Shown here: positions 57,958-64,000 of the stretch, piece by piece | Layout: every line of letters begins with the position of its first letter | Position numbering within the stretch: position 1 is the stretch's first letter | DNA from: Octopus vulgaris | Lineage: Eukaryota | Length of the DNA stretch: 64,000 nucleotides | Assembly (NCBI GenBank): GCA_951406725.2 | Contig: OX597825.1 | Location: forward strand, 66,526,001 to 66,590,000 | Direction of reading: 5' to 3' | Translations under genes and position numbers: made by a program | Notes under the pieces: model-generated | Database searches by the model: none | What the model saw: only the letters and a program-made list of their open reading frames with translations | Told to the model about the DNA's origin: nothing

Positions 57958-57959
<2 letters not shown>
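56675..57959. repeat. 1.28-kb fold-back with ~180-bp inverted arms containing ~29-bp internal subrepeats
   Basis: 56675-56855 matches the reverse complement of 57782-57959; TTATTACACTTGGAAAAGT(A/T)CAG-type units repeated in each arm. Confidence 0.75.
57305..57470 (-). mobile_element. pLTR fragment of the 21040-22041 PLE family with minimal hammerhead (57368-57411)
   Basis: Minus ACAC-CTGATGG-A-GGCTG-GAGGTTATAT-CAGCT-GAAA-CGTT-GTAT; A9 changed to G; links a hammerhead to a GIY-YIG-coding PLE family. Confidence 0.7.
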
Positions 57960-57994
<35 letters not shown>

Positions 57995-58026
57995 TGTATG
58001 TATGTATATATATAAGTATATATAAT

Positions 58027-58058
<32 letters not shown>

Positions 58059-58066
58059 ATGCATAC

Positions 58067-58108
<42 letters not shown>

Positions 58109-58225
58109 GCATAATGTCTCTGAAAGAAATGGAAAACTCTCAAAATACAAAGACCTGAAATAGAGGTAACTAGAATGGAATCTGAAAACAGAAACAATTC
58201 CTATCATAGTATGATGATGATGATG

Positions 58226-58345
<120 letters not shown>

Positions 58346-58416
58346 GTAGGGAATATAATTCCAAACCTACAGGGAAAAATTCATATTACCGATTCTAAAT
58401 CAAATTTCACAATATA

Positions 58417-58475
<59 letters not shown>

Positions 58476-59431
58476 CGAGCGTCTTTCAATTTCCTTCAGA
58501 CAAATCCACTCACAAGGCTTTCGGTAGCCCGACGTTATAGTAGTAGACACTTACTCAAGGTGTCCCGCAGAAGAACTGAACTTGGAACCATGTGGTTGAA
58601 AGCAAGTCTCATACTACACACCCACGCCTGCACCATTTACTCAGGTTATTATTGGGATAAGTTTTTAGACACGATATCTGTTAAACTTTTTAATTAATTG
58701 TCACACAATTGTTAATTGGAAGTCAGGCATATCATTGTTGTGATATCAAATCATTATCTTATTGTTGCATTATTATCCAGTGAAGATACCTTTGTTTTAA
58801 ATATTAGTAATGATTTTCATTGTTATATTTCTATTATCCGTTATGTTATCATTGTTGTAGCATTTCCCCTATAGGAGTAACACAGCAGTATACGATGAAC
58901 ATTAATTGAAGTAGATTTTAAAGAAACCGTTTAAAAATAACGTCTAATTTCGAACAGATGCTCATCGAATAGATGCACACGGAAACATAAATACATACAT
59001 ACATACACACATTCATACATACATACATACATACATACATACATACATACATACATGCATACATGCATACATACATACATACATACATACATACATACAT
59101 GCATACATACATGCATACATACATACATACATACATGCATACATACATACATACAAACATACATACATACATACATGCATGCATACATACATACATGCAT
59201 ACATGCATGCATGCATGCATACATACATACATACATACATGCATGCATGCATACATATATACATACATACATATATACATACATACATGCATACATATAT
59301 ATATACATACATACAAATATATACATATATATAAATATATATATATACACAAGCATATATATATATATATATATATATATGCATATATATATAATTGTAT
59401 ATGCACACATGTATATGCATATGTATGTATG

Positions 59432-59505
<74 letters not shown>

Positions 59506-59708
59506 ACATATACATATTTAAATACATAAGCATAAATTAATCTATCTCACTTTCCTTCCTTTTGATCAGTGAATGAATTAATCAGTAATCATTCCATCAT
59601 TTGTTCTTTCTTTATTTTCTTATCTCTTCCCACTTTTTCTTAGTCTTTTCATTTACTTTGAGTCTGTGTCTCTCATTCTTCTTATTTTTCTGTCCGTCCG
59701 TCTGTCTG

Positions 59709-59825
<117 letters not shown>

Positions 59826-59872
59826 CTGTCTGTCTGTCTATCTGTCTAACTATCTACACACATATATACACG

Positions 59873-59951
<79 letters not shown>

Positions 59952-59970
59952 ATCTATCTATCTATATATA

Positions 59971-60033
<63 letters not shown>

Positions 60034-60111
60034 ATATATATATATACAGACATACATCTATATATATACATACATCTATATATATATATAGATGTATGTT
60101 TGTATATATGT

Positions 60112-60191
60112 ATCGTGAAGTATATTTGTCACTTAAATGTGGCTAACCCTTAAGGGTTAGCCAGATTTAGGTGGTAAATATACTTCACGAT
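60112..60191. repeat. 80-bp spacer-less palindrome (4 mismatches) derived from a pLTR end
   Basis: ATCGTGAAGTATATTTGTCACTTAAATGTGGCTAACCCTT|AAGGGTTAGCCAGATTTAGGTGGTAAATATACTTCACGAT; left arm matches 62404-62443. Confidence 0.85.
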
Positions 60192-60250
60192 GTCGTGCAG
60201 CTACTGTTTATACCTTGCTCAGAGATTTATTATTGCGCGTACACACACAC

Positions 60251-60283
<33 letters not shown>

Positions 60284-60374
60284 CACACACACACACACAT
60301 ATACGATTGATAAATTAATGCAGTTATACATGTTTGCATCTGAGTGTGTATATGTGTATATGCATATATATATG

Positions 60375-60422
<48 letters not shown>

Positions 60423-60489
60423 TATATATATATATATATATATAACACACATATATATATATATGTGTGTATATGTGTATATGCATATA

Positions 60490-60578
<89 letters not shown>

Positions 60579-60634
60579 TTGTGCATGTATACATGTATGT
60601 ATACACACACACACACACACATATATATATACAT

Positions 60635-60687
<53 letters not shown>

Positions 60688-61014
60688 CGTACATAAGCAT
60701 ATATGTATTAATCCATCTCACTTTCTTTCCTTTCGATCAGTGAATGAATTTATAAGTCATTTCGTTCTTTCTACCTATCTTCTTTATTTCATTTTCCCCA
60801 CTCGTTATTTCTTACAGTCTTTCCATTTGCTTTGATTCCGTGTCTTTCAACATAAATTAATTCTTATTTTATCGACTCGAAGCTGTGATATGCAAAGTGA
60901 GCCACAACGAGGTTTGAACTCGGAACATAAAGCCAGAAGAAATGTCGCAAAGGATTTTAGTTGCAATGCTAACAACTCTGCAAGCTCACCACCTTAATTA
61001 ATGTTTTAATATAT

Positions 61015-61373
61015 GGAAGCACTCCGTCGGTTACGACGACGAGGGTTCCGGGTGATCCGATCAACGGAACAGCCTGCTCGTGAAATTAACGTGTAAGTGG
61101 CTGAGCACTCCACGGACACGTGTACCCTTAACGTAGTTCTCGGGGATATTCAGCGTGACACAGAGAGTGACAAGGCCGGCCCTTTGAAATGTTTTGTTCA
61201 ACAGAAACAGGAAGTAAGAGTGAGAGAAAGTTGTGGTGAAAGAATACAACAGGGATCACCACCATCCCCTGCCGGAGACTCGTGGAGCTTTAGGTGTTTT
61301 CGCTCAATAAACACTCACAACGCCCGGTCTGGGAATCGAAACCGCGATGCTACGACCGCGAGTCCGCTGCCCT
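61015..61373 (-). mobile_element. Family-D SINE with tail 1
   Basis: Collinear with 14930-15300. Confidence 0.85.
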
Positions 61374-62254
61374 AATATAACTCTGTCAACGTTACCTAAC
61401 GCTCCTTTTGATTGGCTCTTCTCATTAGTTGTTGGCAGATTTATCTGCTGGAACATCACTTATATTTTACTCCGCCTTCTTCCTACTTTTACTTTAATAG
61501 TATTTGGCTTATCAAATTAGTTCATTATTGATTTAGTAAATTTCTATAGAAAAATATAGATGTCATTGTGAGTGAAAAGCGTCAACTGTCTCGACTAGCT
61601 GCTCTCGCGAAGGAAATTTCGTCAGATGACGTCATCTTAGAGCTCATTGTTTCATCCAATGACAATTTATCATAGAGTTGAAGTGGGTTGAGAAAAACGC
61701 ACGCGCGCACACACACATACACACACACACACATGCATACATGTATTCAAGCGTACATACAAGCATGCATACATACGTACGTGTGGGCTTACCTATATTT
61801 ATATCCTTAAGTACATTATCGTACATATTTGCACACTTGCATTTGCATATATGCATATATACATGCATACTTACATACATCCAAACATACGTATATATGT
61901 ATAGATATGTATGAATATATATATATATATATATGTATATATTTATATATATACACATATGTATATATGTATATACATTCATATATGTATGTATACTTGT
62001 ATATACTTATATATATATATACATACACATATATATATATATGTATTATATATATTATATATATACTATATATTATATATATATGTTATGTCTATATATA
62101 TTTTATATATAATTATAATATATGTCTATAATGTTTATATATACATACATATATATGTATATATACATAATATATATATTTTATATATATTATATATATA
62201 CATATATATATTATATATGTATATATAAATACATAATATATATAATATATATAT

Positions 62255-62300
<46 letters not shown>

Positions 62301-62350
62301 GTATTCATCTGCATATGTATATATATATATAGGTATATATAATATATATG

Positions 62351-62401
<51 letters not shown>

Positions 62402-62402
62402 A

Positions 62403-62614
62403 AAAGTATATTTGCTACTTAAATGTGGCTAACCCGTAAGGGTGTATGCTACTGTATCCCCAGGAGGACACCTTCTCCAGTTGGCTATTACACTTTCTGA
62501 GCCCTATCAGTATTTTCAAAGGGAAGCCATCCTTTCCATCTTCAATCTGACATGATACACACGGTCTCGAGTTTCTGGGTACTGACTCGTCATCAGCATT
62601 TGACAATCACCGGT
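62403..62614 (-). mobile_element. pLTR-like unit with C/A-type hammerhead relic (62561-62599), abutting (TA)n
   Basis: Minus ATG-CTGATGA-C-GAGT-CAGT-ACCC-A-GAAA-CTCGAG-AC-CGT; cleavage triplet mutated to GAC. Confidence 0.55.
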
Positions 62615-63740
62615 GTTTCTCTTTATTATGATAAAAATTATCATAGATAGAAGGGACGGAACAGGACACTTCAAACATTTAAAGGAGTTTTTTCTTTTAA
62701 AAATGTATTTATATGTTTTAAAAGTTAATTTGACTTCGTCCGACTTTCGGCTTGTTGTCCAGCGACTACACCTTACTTTTACCATTGGAGGGATTAAGAA
62801 GGGAAATTCATTCCCAACTTTCTTGCCACATCCTTGCATCTTTTCTCATACACGCTTTTCGACAGGTGCCTCTTCTTCAGCTCTATCTTACTTTTCAGTT
62901 GATACCTGAAGTATTGTAGCATTCCAGTGCCGGAGATGAAGGTTCCTGTCTTGATCCCTTGCATTCTAGTTCTCCATGCACACTCTTTATCACTGCAACT
63001 GTACATAGAAAACAAACCTCACCTTCGTTGGATATTCCAGTGGGCGGTACACTCTTAATCAGAGACTCAGCTGATTGGTTGAAATTACAGAAATACGATA
63101 ACTTTAAGATGAAATAGCTTCGTAAATATAAAGCTTTCTCAAAAATGCTAAGAGTAAAAGATGTTTTATATGACACATTCTACCAGTGTCCGCAGTTTGA
63201 AAGTGTTTAGTTACAAATAATTATTTTTTAAATCTGTAGGTCAAAAGGTAAAGATCCTCATGTTTATATACTTGAATAACTGTTCCTTTGAAACTTTAAT
63301 TTCATAGAATTGTCCACCTACGGCGACCAAAAGACTACTTCTCTTTGCTACTTCCTGTTTGCCTTGTTGATTTTCTTCCTGTAACAGCGGGAAATCCATC
63401 TCGCAGAGAAGGAAGTGTAGCCTTGCTGCCAATTCTCCCAATTTTTCAAAAATGGCCTGGTAACAATTTTCAGAAAAAAAATTAAAAAAAATTTCCCTCT
63501 AACGGGAACACAAAAACAGTTCACAAAAATTATTTTCTCCCTGCAACGGAGCACACAAAATAAAGAAAATAAAAACAATTTTCTGCGCTGCATGGCGAAA
63601 ATACCGTTAGTACGGCGTCCGAGGTTCGAATTTCAACAATGTAACAAGCAACCAAAAAAAAACCATTAACACTAAATTAACAATAACAAACTGATAACTC
63701 ACTAAGCAAAGCAGCAGCAAAACACAGACGAGCGTAACAC
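62615..63740 (-). mobile_element. Internally deleted Tx1/L1-like LINE: 5' UTR, probable ORF1 start (63399-63258), ORF2 C-terminus (63074-62794), 3' UTR; TSD ACCGGTGA
   Basis: ORF2 end SAESLIKSVPP...CFLCTVAVIK/ECAWRTRMQGIKTGTFISG...YFRYQLKSKIELKKRHLS...DVARKLGMN; 3' end AATAAAGAGAAA; TCACCGGT at 62607-62614 and 63741-63748. Confidence 0.65.
63067..63257 (-). mobile_element. One end of a MITE related to 28027-28440
   Basis: Ends GGTAAAGATCC (TIR); reverse complement aligns with 28027-28216 (ACTGGTAGAATGTG..ATAAAACATCTTTT, ATTTCAACCAATCA). Confidence 0.8.
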
Positions 63741-63748
63741 TCACCGGT

Positions 63749-64000
63749 TATTTCTTTATTAGAGGCACGAGGCTTAAACACAGAGGGGACATACACAGAC
63801 ATGCGGGAACAAAAAATACATGAATTAATGTAAAATGAATTAAATTACAATGAAGATGAGACGGTTTTCTCGGTCCCGCTCCGAGACGAAACCGTGATTT
63901 CTTTTTCTACAATTAAATCAACGTTCTTACAGTCTTTTTCTTTTTTCTGTATCGTTCTTTTTTTTCTTTTTTCTTTAAACTTTTCAACAACCTATTTTCC
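63749..64000 (-). mobile_element. 3' UTR of a second retroelement (probably Tx1-like LINE) continuing beyond the window
   Basis: Minus: purine-rich tract, GC hairpin CGGTTTCGTCTCGG...CCGAGAAAACCG, T-rich tract, then TGTCCCCTCTGTGTTTAAGCC...TAATAAAGAAATA directly before ACCGGTGA. Confidence 0.5.

Overview
AT-rich eukaryotic, almost entirely non-coding window. The tRNA-derived SINE families and dense (TA)n/(TG)n/(TATG)n/(TCTA)n/(ATT)n/(TAC)n microsatellites look like an Octopus (coleoid cephalopod) genome; this is inferred from repeat content. Nearly all listed ORFs are microsatellite read-throughs and no host gene is securely identifiable (only weak exon candidates). The recognisable content is transposon-derived: several modular SINE families, three Penelope-like (PLE) coding remnants, a Tx1/L1-like LINE, a CR1-like 3' end, mariner, hAT, Helitron, Mutator-like and Merlin-like elements. 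Two things stand out. (1) About 14 hammerhead-ribozyme (HHR) motifs of several architectures: two with intact canonical cores, plus two recurrent non-canonical variants. Most sit in short PLE-pLTR-like units next to (TA)n and some are associated with fold-back inverted repeats. (2) At the right end, two Tx1-like LINEs lie head-to-tail at the same 8-bp site (ACCGGTGA), 10 nt upstream of a hammerhead core, suggesting a LINE that targets a ribozyme-bearing repeat. All calls are by eye; family names are not database-confirmed and SINE boundaries are approximate.
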